A DNA stretch of 49,455 nt from Anaerolineales bacterium (GCA_004376465.1 SOJU01000091.1:1-49455), one strand, 5' to 3'. Shown: positions 17,197 through 27,511, numbered from the stretch's first letter. The notes: a model not told the origin generated them from the letters alone. Made by a program: numbers and translations.

Positions 17197-17625
17197 TTGA
17201 CAAAAAAACAGCCGATACATGACCTGTATATGCGCGAACTCACGGTGGAGGAAACTGACGGGTTGACTAAATTCCACGTGCTGTGCGATGAGGATCACCT
17301 CCTGCGGCGTTTTGGTGAGGTGCAAGTAATTCGCAAATCACCAGAACGGAGCGAGACTTTACGTCTGCGGGAAGTGGCGGACGAGGTGTGGGCTCTCATT
17401 GAAGGACAAGTAGAGTTCGCCTGGCATGACCTGCGGCAGGATTCGCCATCACAAGGCCACTGGCACCACCTTCACGCCGAGACACCGACACTTATCCTGG
17501 CGCCATTCGGCGTGGCTTTCGGCTGCCGCGCTCTGGAAGATACGGCTTTTCTAATTCGCCTGAGCACACACGCCGAGGGGGAACACTCTGGGGATCGAGA
17601 GATTCCCTGGGAAATTGAAGCATGA
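17197..17625 (+). CDS. Cupin-fold protein (RmlC-like)
   Basis: The ORF track gives 17122..17625. The likelier start is TTG 17197, after AGGAGG. The beta-rich EVWALIEGQVEFAWHD...LILAPFGVAFGCRA stretch resembles cupin epimerase-like proteins. Confidence 0.5.
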   Translation: MTKKQPIHDLYMRELTVEETDGLTKFHVLCDEDHLLRRFGEVQVIRKSPERSETLRLREVADEVWALIEGQVEFAWHDLRQDSPSQGHWHHLHAETPTLILAPFGVAFGCRALEDTAFLIRLSTHAEGEHSGDREIPWEIEA

Positions 17626-18539
17626 GCCGATCGAAAGAATATCTAAAATTGTTCTTGCATCTAAGCCGCCCGCTTTTCCTCACGGGTGGATTTCTACTTT
17701 ACGGTTTGGGCACCGCAATCGCCACTTACCTGGGAAAGCCCATTGACTGGAGTCTCTACATTCTCGGTCAGTTACTCGTTACATCCATCCAATTGATGGC
17801 ACAGGCCATGGTTGCATTCTTCGATGGCACTTCAAATCTAGAAGTTACCTTCCAATCTCTCTTCAGTGGAGATCGGAAAGCGCTCGATCCAGAGCATTTA
17901 CCGTATACGGCCGCGTTAATCTCCACTATCGTCACGCTGACGATCTCAGCGACACTCGCTGCCCTCCTCCTGATTGTGAAGAATGTTAGTTTTGTGCCAT
18001 GGGCATTCATGCTGATGGGCTTCTTCGCCGCCTTCTTCTACAGCACTCCACCCGTGAGGTTGATCACCAGTGGCTTTGGAGAAATAATCGCATCAATCGT
18101 TGTCGCGAGTTTTGTGCCCATTTTCTCGTTTACACTGCAGGCCGGTGAACTTCACCGGCTGCTCCCCATGAGCACGATCCCATTGGCAGCGTTGCTCTTC
18201 GCGGCGTTTATCGCATCTGAATTCGCCGATTATGCCTCTGATCTGAAGCGAGACCGGAAGACGCTGATGGTTCGGCTCGGGTGGGAAACTGCCATGAAGC
18301 TCCATGATCTAGCCATCCTTTTCGCGATCCTGAGCTTCATAACCGCTTACATCCTGGGCTTACCAGACCGTGTGGCGCTTGGCGCTTTGATCTCTTTTCC
18401 CCTGGCCATCGCGCAGGTCTGGCAGTTGAATCGCATCAAAGCAGGGTTCCCTCCACGCTGGCGCACATTCACGCTCAGCGCGCTCGCCTTATTCGCAATG
18501 ACCACCTACCTGGAATTGATGGGGTACATCTTTAGCTGA
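17622..18539 (+). CDS. UbiA-family prenyltransferase-like membrane protein
   Basis: 305 aa with about 8-9 hydrophobic helices. It has the Asp-rich loop FADYASDLKRDRK. It overlaps the cupin gene by 4 nt. Confidence 0.5.
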   Translation: MSRSKEYLKLFLHLSRPLFLTGGFLLYGLGTAIATYLGKPIDWSLYILGQLLVTSIQLMAQAMVAFFDGTSNLEVTFQSLFSGDRKALDPEHLPYTAALISTIVTLTISATLAALLLIVKNVSFVPWAFMLMGFFAAFFYSTPPVRLITSGFGEIIASIVVASFVPIFSFTLQAGELHRLLPMSTIPLAALLFAAFIASEFADYASDLKRDRKTLMVRLGWETAMKLHDLAILFAILSFITAYILGLPDRVALGALISFPLAIAQVWQLNRIKAGFPPRWRTFTLSALALFAMTTYLELMGYIFS

Positions 18540-18540
18540 C

Positions 18541-19779
18541 ATGCCTGAATTTTTACATCTCATCTCACCGTCCGAAGCACTGGAAATAATGCTTAAAACC
18601 CTACCCCAATCTTGGGCTGCAGGCACTGAGGTTGTACCAACAAGCGAGGCGCACGGGCGTGTTCTGGCCGAGCGTGTTACTGCCCCCCACCCCTTGCCGC
18701 CTTTCCCCCGATCAACAGTGGATGGCTACGCCGTTCAAGCTAAGGATACGTTCGGCGCATCAGGTGCTCTGCCGGCCTACCTGCGTTTGATTGGTGAAGT
18801 TCTGATGGGGAAATCCCCCACACTTGAAGTGCCCTCTGGAGGAGCCGCACAGGTGCACACTGGCGGGGCGATCCCTGCTGGTGCAAACGCTGTTGTGATG
18901 CTCGAGGATACCCAGTTGATCGACGGCAGGGAAATCGAGGTTCACCGCGCAGCTGGTGTAGGGCAAAACATCCTCCTCGAGGGTGAGGATGTTCAACAAG
19001 GTGATGTAGTCCTCGAACCCGGAACCGTTCTTCGCCCGCAGGAGATTGGCGGGTTGATGGCGCTCGGCATGACATCGGTATCGGTTGCCGTCGCCCCACG
19101 CGTGGGGATTCTCTCGTCAGGAGATGAAGTCGTCCCTCCTGAAATGGAACCAGGACCTGCACAGGTCCGCGATATCAACTCACATACCCTTTCAGCAATC
19201 ATCGAGCGGCTCGGTGGAAAACCAATTCTCAGGGGGATCGTACCAGACCAACACGATGCGCTCTTCGAGGTTGTGAAGCAAGCACATAAAGAGGATGACC
19301 TGATCGTCATCACTGCTGGATCGTCGGTTAGCGCCCGTGACATCACAGGGGATGTCATCCAATCGCTTGGAGAACCCGGTGTGCTCGTGCATGGGATATC
19401 GATCAAACCCGGCAAACCGACAATTCTCGCCATCGCCGACGACATCCCCCTAATTGGTTTACCGGGGAATCCCGTCAGCGCCCTGGTCGTAGGAACCTTA
19501 ATCCTCGCCCCTCTCATCCGGCGCTTCCTGGGTGTTCAACGAGTGCTGCCCGCGCCTCAGGTTGCGGCTAGATTGAGCGTCAATGTCGTTTCGCAAGCGG
19601 GTCGCGAGGATTACCTCCCCGTTCGGCTTCAGGAGTCGGAAGAGGGAACCATCGCCGAACCAGTTTTTGGGAGATCAAACCTGATCTTCACGCTTGTCCG
19701 CGCCGATGGGTTGATTCATATACCACCCGATGCAACCGGGTTGAGCGCGGGCACCGAGGTGTTGGTCACACTCTTCTGA
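18541..19779 (+). CDS. moeA: Molybdopterin molybdotransferase MoeA
   Basis: 412 aa with typical MoeA segments: PFPRSTVDGYAV, VHTGGAIPAGANAVVMLE, VGILSSGDEV and ITAGSSVSARD. Confidence 0.85.
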   Translation: MPEFLHLISPSEALEIMLKTLPQSWAAGTEVVPTSEAHGRVLAERVTAPHPLPPFPRSTVDGYAVQAKDTFGASGALPAYLRLIGEVLMGKSPTLEVPSGGAAQVHTGGAIPAGANAVVMLEDTQLIDGREIEVHRAAGVGQNILLEGEDVQQGDVVLEPGTVLRPQEIGGLMALGMTSVSVAVAPRVGILSSGDEVVPPEMEPGPAQVRDINSHTLSAIIERLGGKPILRGIVPDQHDALFEVVKQAHKEDDLIVITAGSSVSARDITGDVIQSLGEPGVLVHGISIKPGKPTILAIADDIPLIGLPGNPVSALVVGTLILAPLIRRFLGVQRVLPAPQVAARLSVNVVSQAGREDYLPVRLQESEEGTIAEPVFGRSNLIFTLVRADGLIHIPPDATGLSAGTEVLVTLF

Positions 19780-19818
19780 TCGGAATTGTGACGAATAAAA
19801 GACCGGAGGGAAGCATCG

Positions 19819-21804
19819 ATGGCTGATAACCGTCAACGATCCGTGTTTTTACAGGACGTTCCACTACACGAGGCACGCTCCCGTTTTGAGCGCGCCCTGC
19901 GGGATGCCGACCTGTGGAAGCCGCTCGAACCCGAGAACATTCCGCTGGACCAGGCGCTGGGAAGGATCAGCGCCGAGCCAATCTGGGCGCAGATCTCCTC
20001 GCCACATTACCACGCCGCCGCCATGGATGGATACGCTCTGCGGGCTGCGGAGACCGAGAGTGCGAGTGACCGGAATCCTGTGGAGCTGCTTGTAGGTCCA
20101 CATGCACAATATGTTGATACAGGTGATCCGTTGCCAGGATGGGCGGATTCTGTTATCCCGATCGAAGATCTCGAAGTACTCAGCGAAACTCCAAAGCCGC
20201 AAGAGAAATCAATACGGCTCATGGCTCCTACCTCTCCATGGTCAAATGTACGCCTTTTAGGGGAGGACATGGTCGCTACCGAGCTTGTCATACCTTCCGG
20301 GCATGAACTTCGACCTGTCGACCTCGGCGCCATCGCTGCCAGTGGTTACGATCACGTCCAAGTTTGGCGAAAACCGCGCGTAGCCATCATCCCCACAGGG
20401 ACTGAGCTGCGAGCGATGGGGAAGCCGGTGAAAGCTGGCGAAATCATAGAATTCAATTCACTTGTCCTCGCCTCGCAAGTCGAGAGTTGGGGCGGTCTCC
20501 CCGACCGGCTGCCCATCGTTCAAGATGAACTTGAGAGGATTAAGGATGCTGCAGCGAATGCAGCCATTAACCATGACCTGGTCTTGATAATCGCAGGGTC
20601 ATCAGCAGGCACAGAGGATTTCACGGCTGATGTCGTCGAGTCGCTCGGCACCCTGCTCGTACATGGGATCGCCGTTCGACCCGGTCATCCTGTTATCCTG
20701 GGAATGATCGAGAAATCATCGAAGAGTGGCTCTCCCCGAGTTGAAAAATCTATTCCAATTATCGGTGTTCCGGGGTATCCCGTATCTGCTGCTTTAACAG
20801 GGGAGATTTTCGTTAAACTACTCCTTGGCCGTTGGCTCAGCAAACAGGAGATCCAGCCTGAAATACTAACTGCAAAGCTCGCCCGTAAAGTCCACTCACG
20901 AGCCGGCGATTTGGAATACCTGCGCGTTACCGTTGGTCAAGTCGGTGAGCGATGGATCGCATCACCCCTATCCCGTGGAGCAGGCGTGATCACATCCCTT
21001 GTGCGCGCGGATGGGATTGTCGAGATCCCGGCCGGCGTTCAGGGGATCCCGGCCGGCGAAAACGTCCAAGTCCGTCTCTACAGATCGAGGCAGGAACTCG
21101 ACCACACAATTCTCGCTCTAGGTTCCCACGATCTCACGCTGGATCTTCTCGCCCAGTTTCTCTCCCTGCGCGGCTCACGCCTTAGTTCCGGAAACATGGG
21201 CAGCCTGGGGGGGCTGATTGCCCTGCAGCGAGGCGAAGCGCATTTGGCGGGCAGCCACTTGCTTGATCCCGAGACCGGTGAATTCAATTTACCCTACATC
21301 GAGCGGTATGTACCTGACGTACCCGTCGTGGTCGTCCGCCTGGTCGGACGTGAACAGGGCCTCATCATAGCCCCGGGCAATCCAAAATCAGTCACTGGCT
21401 TGGATGATATAGCGCGCGCAGACCTTGCCTACGTCAACCGCCAACGCGGAGCCGGCACCCGTATTCTGCTTGACTACCAACTGGAGAAACTGGGGATTGA
21501 ATCCGATTCTGTCCGCGGATATCAACACGAGGAATATACCCATTTAGCTGTTGCCGCCGCGGTTGCTTCCGGCCGTGCGGACTGCGGCTTAGCGATCCAC
21601 GCTGCCGCTGCCGCACTCAAACTCGATTTCCTGCCGCTCTATCAGGAGCGTTACGATCTCATCATCCCGAAAGAGCACCACGAGAGCGCCAGGCTTATGC
21701 CCCTGCTACAATTACTCGGAGACCCCGAATTTAAAGAGGCAGTGGCCTCCCTCCCGGGTTACTCAACCGATTCGATGGGGGAAGTCATCGCCGTTATAGA
21801 TTAG
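19819..21804 (+). CDS. MoeA domain fused to a C-terminal periplasmic-binding-protein-like domain
   Basis: 661 aa. The N-terminal ~410 aa are MoeA-like (AAMDGYAL, IIPTGTEL, IIAGSSAGTED). The C-terminal ~240 aa resemble a substrate-binding (PBP) fold. Confidence 0.75.
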   Translation: MADNRQRSVFLQDVPLHEARSRFERALRDADLWKPLEPENIPLDQALGRISAEPIWAQISSPHYHAAAMDGYALRAAETESASDRNPVELLVGPHAQYVDTGDPLPGWADSVIPIEDLEVLSETPKPQEKSIRLMAPTSPWSNVRLLGEDMVATELVIPSGHELRPVDLGAIAASGYDHVQVWRKPRVAIIPTGTELRAMGKPVKAGEIIEFNSLVLASQVESWGGLPDRLPIVQDELERIKDAAANAAINHDLVLIIAGSSAGTEDFTADVVESLGTLLVHGIAVRPGHPVILGMIEKSSKSGSPRVEKSIPIIGVPGYPVSAALTGEIFVKLLLGRWLSKQEIQPEILTAKLARKVHSRAGDLEYLRVTVGQVGERWIASPLSRGAGVITSLVRADGIVEIPAGVQGIPAGENVQVRLYRSRQELDHTILALGSHDLTLDLLAQFLSLRGSRLSSGNMGSLGGLIALQRGEAHLAGSHLLDPETGEFNLPYIERYVPDVPVVVVRLVGREQGLIIAPGNPKSVTGLDDIARADLAYVNRQRGAGTRILLDYQLEKLGIESDSVRGYQHEEYTHLAVAAAVASGRADCGLAIHAAAAALKLDFLPLYQERYDLIIPKEHHESARLMPLLQLLGDPEFKEAVASLPGYSTDSMGEVIAVID

Positions 21805-21811
21805 CACTCAG

Positions 21812-21839
21812 TCATGGTAAAGGGATCTTCTTACCATGA
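21812..21839 (+). terminator. Hairpin after the moeA-fusion gene (weak terminator candidate)
   Basis: TCATGGTAA-agggatcttc-TTACCATGA forms a 9-bp stem, but no T tract follows. Confidence 0.3.
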
Positions 21840-21929
21840 ACGAGATTCTTCATCATGGCTTACAATTAGCTAGGCGACACGTTGAAATTAGACAGCCGCC
21901 TGCACATTAACTTAGGAGGTTTCAAGACT

Positions 21930-22403
21930 ATGTCCATTCCCAAGATAGGTAAAGCCGCTCCGGACTTTGAAGTCCTTGACGATGCAGGAGAGACGATCCA
22001 TCTCTCAGATTATCTCGGCAAAGAAGTTGTACTATATTTCTATCCCCGGGCGGATACACCTGGCTGCACGAAAGAAGCTTGTGCGTTCCGCGATGACTAC
22101 AGCGCTTATTCAGATCGGGGCGTTGTCATCCTGGGCGTGAGCCCTGACACGGTAAAAAAGCAGGCGAAATTCAAACAGAAATTTCAGCTGCCTTTCACCC
22201 TGTTGGCCGATGATGACCACAAGATCAGCGAGACTTATGGCGTATGGGGTCCCAAGAAGTTTATGGGCAAGGAGTATGAGGGCGTACACAGGATGACGTT
22301 TTTGATCGATGCGGAGGGAAAAATCAAACAGGTCTTCGAGAAAGTCAAACCCGCAGAACACAGCCAGGAGATCCTGGAAGCGTTTGAAAAAGATGCGAAT
22401 TGA
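21930..22403 (+). CDS. bcp: Peroxiredoxin Bcp
   Basis: Starts MSIPKIGKAAPDF after AGGAGG. It has the active site PGCTKEAC. Confidence 0.85.
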   Translation: MSIPKIGKAAPDFEVLDDAGETIHLSDYLGKEVVLYFYPRADTPGCTKEACAFRDDYSAYSDRGVVILGVSPDTVKKQAKFKQKFQLPFTLLADDDHKISETYGVWGPKKFMGKEYEGVHRMTFLIDAEGKIKQVFEKVKPAEHSQEILEAFEKDAN

Positions 22404-22598
22404 CGATCCTATAGCCCCCTCCTATGCAATAAATTAGGCGGCTTGACGTCTTGCATTAAGCGAAAAAATCCCATCAGGCGTCCATCACTACTTTTTGGAT
22501 ATGACCAATGGACTATGGAATTATGCTCTTGCTAGATTCTATAATTTAACAGTCGTCACATGGCTTTTTTGCCAATGTCTCGACTGCCCCCAGGCTTG

Positions 22599-22626
22599 CC
22601 CCCCTCAGGTCTGGGGGTGTTTCTTT
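22599..22626 (+). terminator. Rho-independent terminator-like hairpin
   Basis: CCCCCC-tcaggtct-GGGGG followed by TGTTTCTTT, about 200 nt downstream of bcp. Confidence 0.45.
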
Positions 22627-22816
22627 AAGAGCACATCTCATGCCCATACAACCCCTATAACCCTCGATCCCAGGGCATCTTCTCACTCCATTCTTCTCTG
22701 GAGCATGTGAAGAGGTGGTGTGTTTATCCTGAGGTTGGTCAGTGAAACGAGCGGTGGCTGACAAACTCCCAGAGTGAGATTAATAATAATTCCCAAGAGA
22801 GTCGCAGTCTTGTATT

Positions 22817-23602
22817 TTAAAATAGTTCCCTTTTCGTAAAAGGCGCGGAGAGAAAACGGAAAAGAAACTTCCACCTCGACATGTACGAGATTTGTTTTCC
22901 AGATTTATCATTCTCAAGAATTTTATCCGCAAGCCATGGTGTAACGTCCTCAACGCGGTTCGCAATGATGTTGAATATACGCTTGGCATTCTCAAATTCT
23001 TCAGGTCGATCCTCAAATTGTTTTGTGAGAAATGATGTAACGACCATTCCGGGTCTGAGTGACCCTACTATGATGGCACTGCCTTTTGTCTCTTTCACCA
23101 ACCCTCTTGTAAAGTAATTCACACCATATTTCGTCATACCGTAAGGGATAAGCCCTTCGTGCATTCGCCCATCACCCCCCACCCCCTCCATGTTGTATAA
23201 GCTTCCATAGCCTTGGTCCAACATGCCTCTAACGGCAATCTGAGACCCAAATATCACGCCTAAGATATTCGTGTCGACAACCTCTTCCACTTGTTCCGGT
23301 GCAAGTTCCCATGTCATCATCTGCGGTCCACTAAGCCCCGCATTGTTAATCCATACGTCAATCTTTCCCAATCGAGACATTGCCTCATTCCAGAGAGCCT
23401 GTAATTGCTCGGGGTCTCTTACATCACAAGGATGACCGAATACTCGATCTTCCGGATACCTCGACCCGAGCTCTTCAATAGCCTTGTCAACTGCTCCACG
23501 GCTCCGGCTGCTGACCATAACCGCGCAATCTCGAGCTAGAAACGATTCTGCTAAGCCAAAACCGATCCCGCGTGTACTTCCTGTAATCACAATACTTTTC
23601 AT
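22817..23602 (-). CDS. Short-chain dehydrogenase/reductase
   Basis: 261 aa with TGSTRGIGFGLA and the catalytic YGMTKYG (YxxxK). Confidence 0.8.
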   Translation of the reverse strand: MKSIVITGSTRGIGFGLAESFLARDCAVMVSSRSRGAVDKAIEELGSRYPEDRVFGHPCDVRDPEQLQALWNEAMSRLGKIDVWINNAGLSGPQMMTWELAPEQVEEVVDTNILGVIFGSQIAVRGMLDQGYGSLYNMEGVGGDGRMHEGLIPYGMTKYGVNYFTRGLVKETKGSAIIVGSLRPGMVVTSFLTKQFEDRPEEFENAKRIFNIIANRVEDVTPWLADKILENDKSGKQISYMSRWKFLFRFLSAPFTKRELF

Positions 23603-23965
23603 ACTTTAATGCCTCCGGCACAGGTAGTTTCTGGATTCACAATGAACGAAAAGATAGAAATAGTGGATCGGCATACATAACGCCAAGGATCATCATAACC
23701 CACATTCTGCATCCTAGAAAAGTAATTTCTGATTAAGCAGTAGAAGACAATTTCGATTAGCCTCAATGGGTGAGTGAGGAAATCAGGAATGAAACCTAAC
23801 GACATGATCACATGGGACTGGTCGCGGGGATAGGTCGTCAGATATAGCAGATCGAAACGATTTACAGATACGCGAGAGAGTCACCGCTTGCTCTGTCCTC
23901 CGCTTGATAATTATTGTTTGTTGGCCGATTGATGTGCGGAATGTGGGAAGAAACAGAGGATGCAT

Positions 23966-24000
23966 TAATAAAAAAGCCCCGGTTCATTGAAGCCGGGGCT
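23966..24000 (-). terminator. Rho-independent terminator of the ABC operon
   Basis: Minus strand reads AGCCCCGG-cttcaatgaa-CCGGGGCT followed by TTTTTATT, 28 nt after the permease stop. Confidence 0.7.
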
Positions 24001-24027
24001 TGATCGGTTTTTAGGTTTCACCCAAAC

Positions 24028-24918
24028 CTAATCGGCGGCCGAGGATCCAATTTCAGTTAATGGTTCAACCGGTTTGGCCCTCCATTTTCCGGTGACGATG
24101 TCCTTTAAACGCAGGGTGCCTTCACCGCCGACACGGACGTCACGGCGTTGGAATAACTGCCAGGAGATTAAGGCCAGGACCAGGTCGATGGCCAAGAAAA
24201 CTCCAAACCAGGTCAAGTTGAGACCATCCTCGATGGCCGTGGCCGTCTCCAAGTAGGTTAGGGGTGAGAAATCAGCAGCCCGTTCCAATTGCTCGACTGC
24301 CCCTGAAAGGAAGGTGATGAAGAAACTTGCTACCACCAGCATTGCGGTCAGCATACTGGCCATGCTGCGGGCTGGCAGCACCATGCTGAAGAGCAAGGCC
24401 AGGGTCATGAAGAACATCAAGATACCAAATAGGGAGACGAACGGCAGTAACAGCTCAAACGCCGGGATTGTGAAATTCTCCGACCAGGTCATGGACAACA
24501 GCAGCGAAGCCCAGGAGATCAGCAACAGGATGATGGTCACCAGGGTGGTGGCTAGGAAACGACCCCAGAAAAGAGTCGTGCGGCTGACAGGGTGGGCTAG
24601 GATCAGGTCGAGGGTGCCGCGCTCTTCATCACGGGCAAGCAGGCTGGCACCCACCCCACTAACAAACAGACCTAAAATCAGGGGCACAAAGGAGAAGTAC
24701 TCGACATCAAGCCAGCCGATCGGGGTGCTCATCCCGGCGAAATCGAACATTTCCGCAAGCTCGGGAAGAGCTTCCATGTATGCTGCCATCAAGTCGCCGG
24801 TGCCGGCAATCATGTCGAACAAAGAACCCATCATGATCCCCAGGACAGCCAAGCCAATCCCCCAGCCGATGATTGCACCGCGTGAGCGGCGTAAAGTGTA
24901 ACGAATTACGGTAAACAT
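24028..24918 (-). CDS. ABC-2 type transporter permease
   Basis: The likely start is ATG 24918 (MFTVIRYTLRR...). There are six or so hydrophobic helices. The start lies 1 nt after the ATPase stop. Confidence 0.7.
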   Translation of the reverse strand: MFTVIRYTLRRSRGAIIGWGIGLAVLGIMMGSLFDMIAGTGDLMAAYMEALPELAEMFDFAGMSTPIGWLDVEYFSFVPLILGLFVSGVGASLLARDEERGTLDLILAHPVSRTTLFWGRFLATTLVTIILLLISWASLLLSMTWSENFTIPAFELLLPFVSLFGILMFFMTLALLFSMVLPARSMASMLTAMLVVASFFITFLSGAVEQLERAADFSPLTYLETATAIEDGLNLTWFGVFLAIDLVLALISWQLFQRRDVRVGGEGTLRLKDIVTGKWRAKPVEPLTEIGSSAAD

Positions 24919-24919
24919 A

Positions 24920-25828
24920 TTATTTGTCCTCCTTCCCTTCGTAGTAGGCAAGGAAAATCTCTTCCAGGCTGGTGCGCTCGGTCTCAAAATCGCTGACCGG
25001 ATACTGCGCCAGGGTCTTGACCAAGGCATCCATCTCGCCTTCAACCTGCAGCAATACGCTCAAGCCGTCGTCTTTATCGACCAACTCAACCCCCGGAAGG
25101 TTGAAGAGTTCGTCAGCCGCGGTGGGCTGCTGGAAGCGGATGCGCACCTGGCGCATGGAGCGGTTGAGTAACGAAGCAGTCTCTGCAACTTCGACGATCT
25201 TGCCCTTGCGGATGATGGCGACCCGGTCGGTGACGGCCTGCACTTCGCTGATGATATGCGAGGAGAAGAAGACCGTGGCCCCGTTATCCTGGGCTTCGGC
25301 CAGCATGCGTAGAACCTCCTGCTGCATGAGCGGGTCAAGGCCGCCGGTGGGCTCGTCGAGCAGTACAAGCTCAGGGCGATGCATCAGTGCTTGCACGACG
25401 CCAACCTTCTGCTTATTACCATGCGAGAAGTTTTTGATTGGGGTTTTGAGGTCCAACTTGAGACGGTCGGACAATTCCTGGATGAAGTCCCAGTTCGAAC
25501 GATTGCCGCGCAGGCGGTTGAAATAACGGAAAACCTGACGGGCGGTCATATTCTCGTCAAGGTGCAGTTCGCCGGGCAGATAACCGACGCGCTCCTTGAT
25601 CGCTTCAGGCTCTGCCTGTGGGTTCAGCCCCAGCACACGGATCGTACCGCCTTGCGGGCGGATCAAATCCAGCATGCAGCGGATGGTGGTGGTCTTCCCG
25701 GCTCCATTGGGCCCCAGAAAACCAAAGACCTCTCCCTGTTTAACTTCCAGATCAACGCCAAATAGTGCTTGGACGTTGCCGTAGGATTTGAGCAATCCTT
25801 GCGTTTGGATCACATAAGATTCTGACAT
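24920..25828 (-). CDS. ABC transporter ATP-binding protein
   Basis: Walker A is GPNGAGKTT, the signature-like motif is FSHGNKQKV and Walker B is LVLLDEPTGGLD. Confidence 0.9.
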   Translation of the reverse strand: MSESYVIQTQGLLKSYGNVQALFGVDLEVKQGEVFGFLGPNGAGKTTTIRCMLDLIRPQGGTIRVLGLNPQAEPEAIKERVGYLPGELHLDENMTARQVFRYFNRLRGNRSNWDFIQELSDRLKLDLKTPIKNFSHGNKQKVGVVQALMHRPELVLLDEPTGGLDPLMQQEVLRMLAEAQDNGATVFFSSHIISEVQAVTDRVAIIRKGKIVEVAETASLLNRSMRQVRIRFQQPTAADELFNLPGVELVDKDDGLSVLLQVEGEMDALVKTLAQYPVSDFETERTSLEEIFLAYYEGKEDK

Positions 25829-26018
25829 ATAAAAACCTCTCGGTTCCTGTATTTGTACACACGGCTCGACAGACTACGATCCAGAACACTTGAATTGTAG
25901 CACCCTAGAGTTTCGGTGTTGCAGACAACCACATCTCAATTAGCTGACAAGCTGACCATCACCCGCATTCATCCCCTAGTTTTCTTTTTCCCAATTTCTG
26001 GGGGAATCCAAATGTATA

Positions 26019-26870
26019 CTACGCAAACAAATCACAAACCAGGGCCTCTAATACCTCCTCAAGCGAAGGTTGCTCTGGTTCCTCCTTGAAATGCGCGAGG
26101 CGACGAAAAATCTCGCCCGCTGCCTCATGGAAACCCGCGGGCACCCCGGCCTCTGTAAAAGTTGCTGCTATCTCATCCATCTCCCCAGTAAATCGCCATG
26201 CCTTAACCGGCGCCCGTTTGACTCTTCCCGCCGTTTGTTCCGCAAAATCTGACCCACGCCTAGACCATTGTCTCTCCAAATCTTTTCGAACCCCAAGCTC
26301 CTCAGCCGTAGCGAGAATCGCGCAAAGTAAGGCTGTCGTTCCCTTGGTGTATGCCGCGTAACACATCTTGAGTGCAGATGCTTTCCCAATTTCCTCGCCG
26401 ATAATGCACGTCTCGAGTGGACCTTCGGAGAAACATTCGGTCACCTGCTCAGCATACTCGCCGGAGAGGTAGAGCCACGTCTTCCCAGGGTCCCATGCAG
26501 GTCCGCCGATGATGCCACCATCTATGAATTTCACACCTGCTTCATCCATTAACCGACCTATGTTTTTCGCCCGCTGCGGCGCTATCGCATTGGCATCAAG
26601 ATAAAGCCCATTAAAGGACGTTTCCAAAGTTTGTCTCGCCACATCCTCTGCGGCATGAGGTGGACATACGCAGACAATCACAGAGCAAGTTTCGCAAAGC
26701 TCGTTCAAAGATCGAACTTCAACAAGATTGTGTTTCTCAGCTCGTTCGTGTGTTTGCGCGCTTCGCCCTGCAGATGCCCAATAGACCGTGTGCCCTGAAT
26801 TTTGAGCCGATGCGGCCAGGGATATTCCCATGGCACCGGGGTGTAGAAATCCAATTTTCAGCTTTGTCAT
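26019..26870 (-). CDS. NAD(P)-binding dehydrogenase (6-phosphogluconate dehydrogenase-like N-domain)
   Basis: The likely start is ATG 26870 (MTKLKIGFLHPGAMGISLA) after GAGAGGGA. It has a Rossmann GxGxxG-like motif. Confidence 0.55.
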   Translation of the reverse strand: MTKLKIGFLHPGAMGISLAASAQNSGHTVYWASAGRSAQTHERAEKHNLVEVRSLNELCETCSVIVCVCPPHAAEDVARQTLETSFNGLYLDANAIAPQRAKNIGRLMDEAGVKFIDGGIIGGPAWDPGKTWLYLSGEYAEQVTECFSEGPLETCIIGEEIGKASALKMCYAAYTKGTTALLCAILATAEELGVRKDLERQWSRRGSDFAEQTAGRVKRAPVKAWRFTGEMDEIAATFTEAGVPAGFHEAAGEIFRRLAHFKEEPEQPSLEEVLEALVCDLFA

Positions 26871-26953
26871 GGTCCCTCTCTCATCCCTGCCCAATCCTCT
26901 GGGGGCATCCTTGCGCTTTTCCGGGGCTGGTTGGCATCCGAAGAAAAGAACGA

Positions 26954-27511
26954 TCAGTCAACCATTCTTCCCATGATCACGGTGTCCGCGTAATCATCCT
27001 CTGCGAATTTGATATCGCGTGTAGCCCTACCTTCGATCATGAAGCCATTTTGGTGGTAGAGAGCTATGGCAGCCTCACTCGTTGAGAAGACGAATAAACC
27101 AAGCTTCTCGATTCCCTTATTCCCTTCTGCCCAGCGAACAATGGTGTCTATTAGCGCATTTCCGATCCCATGTCTGCGCCACTCGGAGTGTACCCAGACC
27201 GAATCCACATCGCCGAAGTGCGCGGTGCGCTTAAGTCCGCCTGCCTTAACGCGCGCCATTCCCACGATCAGCCCGTCAACATCAGCGACAACTCGAAGGC
27301 AGCCTGGGCGTTTGATCTCATCAGCAATAGCCTTTCGCTCTGCTTCCTCGGTGCGCTGCATTTCTTCTAATAGGAGCAAAGTGTATCGATCCTCGGCTAA
27401 CACAGACCGGTAAAGATCCAAAATAGCTGCTGCATTAGTCTCAGATGCAGTTCGAATATAGTATTGCTCCCCCTGCTCCAAGGTTAGCTCCCGTTGTTTG
27501 ATTTCACCCAT
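26954..27511 (-). CDS. GNAT family N-acetyltransferase
   Basis: 185 aa with the acetyl-CoA motif VHSEWRRHGIGNALI. Confidence 0.8.
   Translation of the reverse strand: MGEIKQRELTLEQGEQYYIRTASETNAAAILDLYRSVLAEDRYTLLLLEEMQRTEEAERKAIADEIKRPGCLRVVADVDGLIVGMARVKAGGLKRTAHFGDVDSVWVHSEWRRHGIGNALIDTIVRWAEGNKGIEKLGLFVFSTSEAAIALYHQNGFMIEGRATRDIKFAEDDYADTVIMGRMVD

Noticed and set aside
18993-19517. Long antisense or alternative-frame ORFs inside GC-richer genes: moeA 18740-19517, the ABC genes 24314-24901 and 24972-25526, the MazG fusion 30035-30559 and 30039-30551, rplE 41539-42046, and rpsC 43922-44542.
   Set aside because: Each lies wholly inside a gene with clear family motifs on the other strand or frame. 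Their translations are R/S/P-rich and low-complexity, typical of shadow ORFs.
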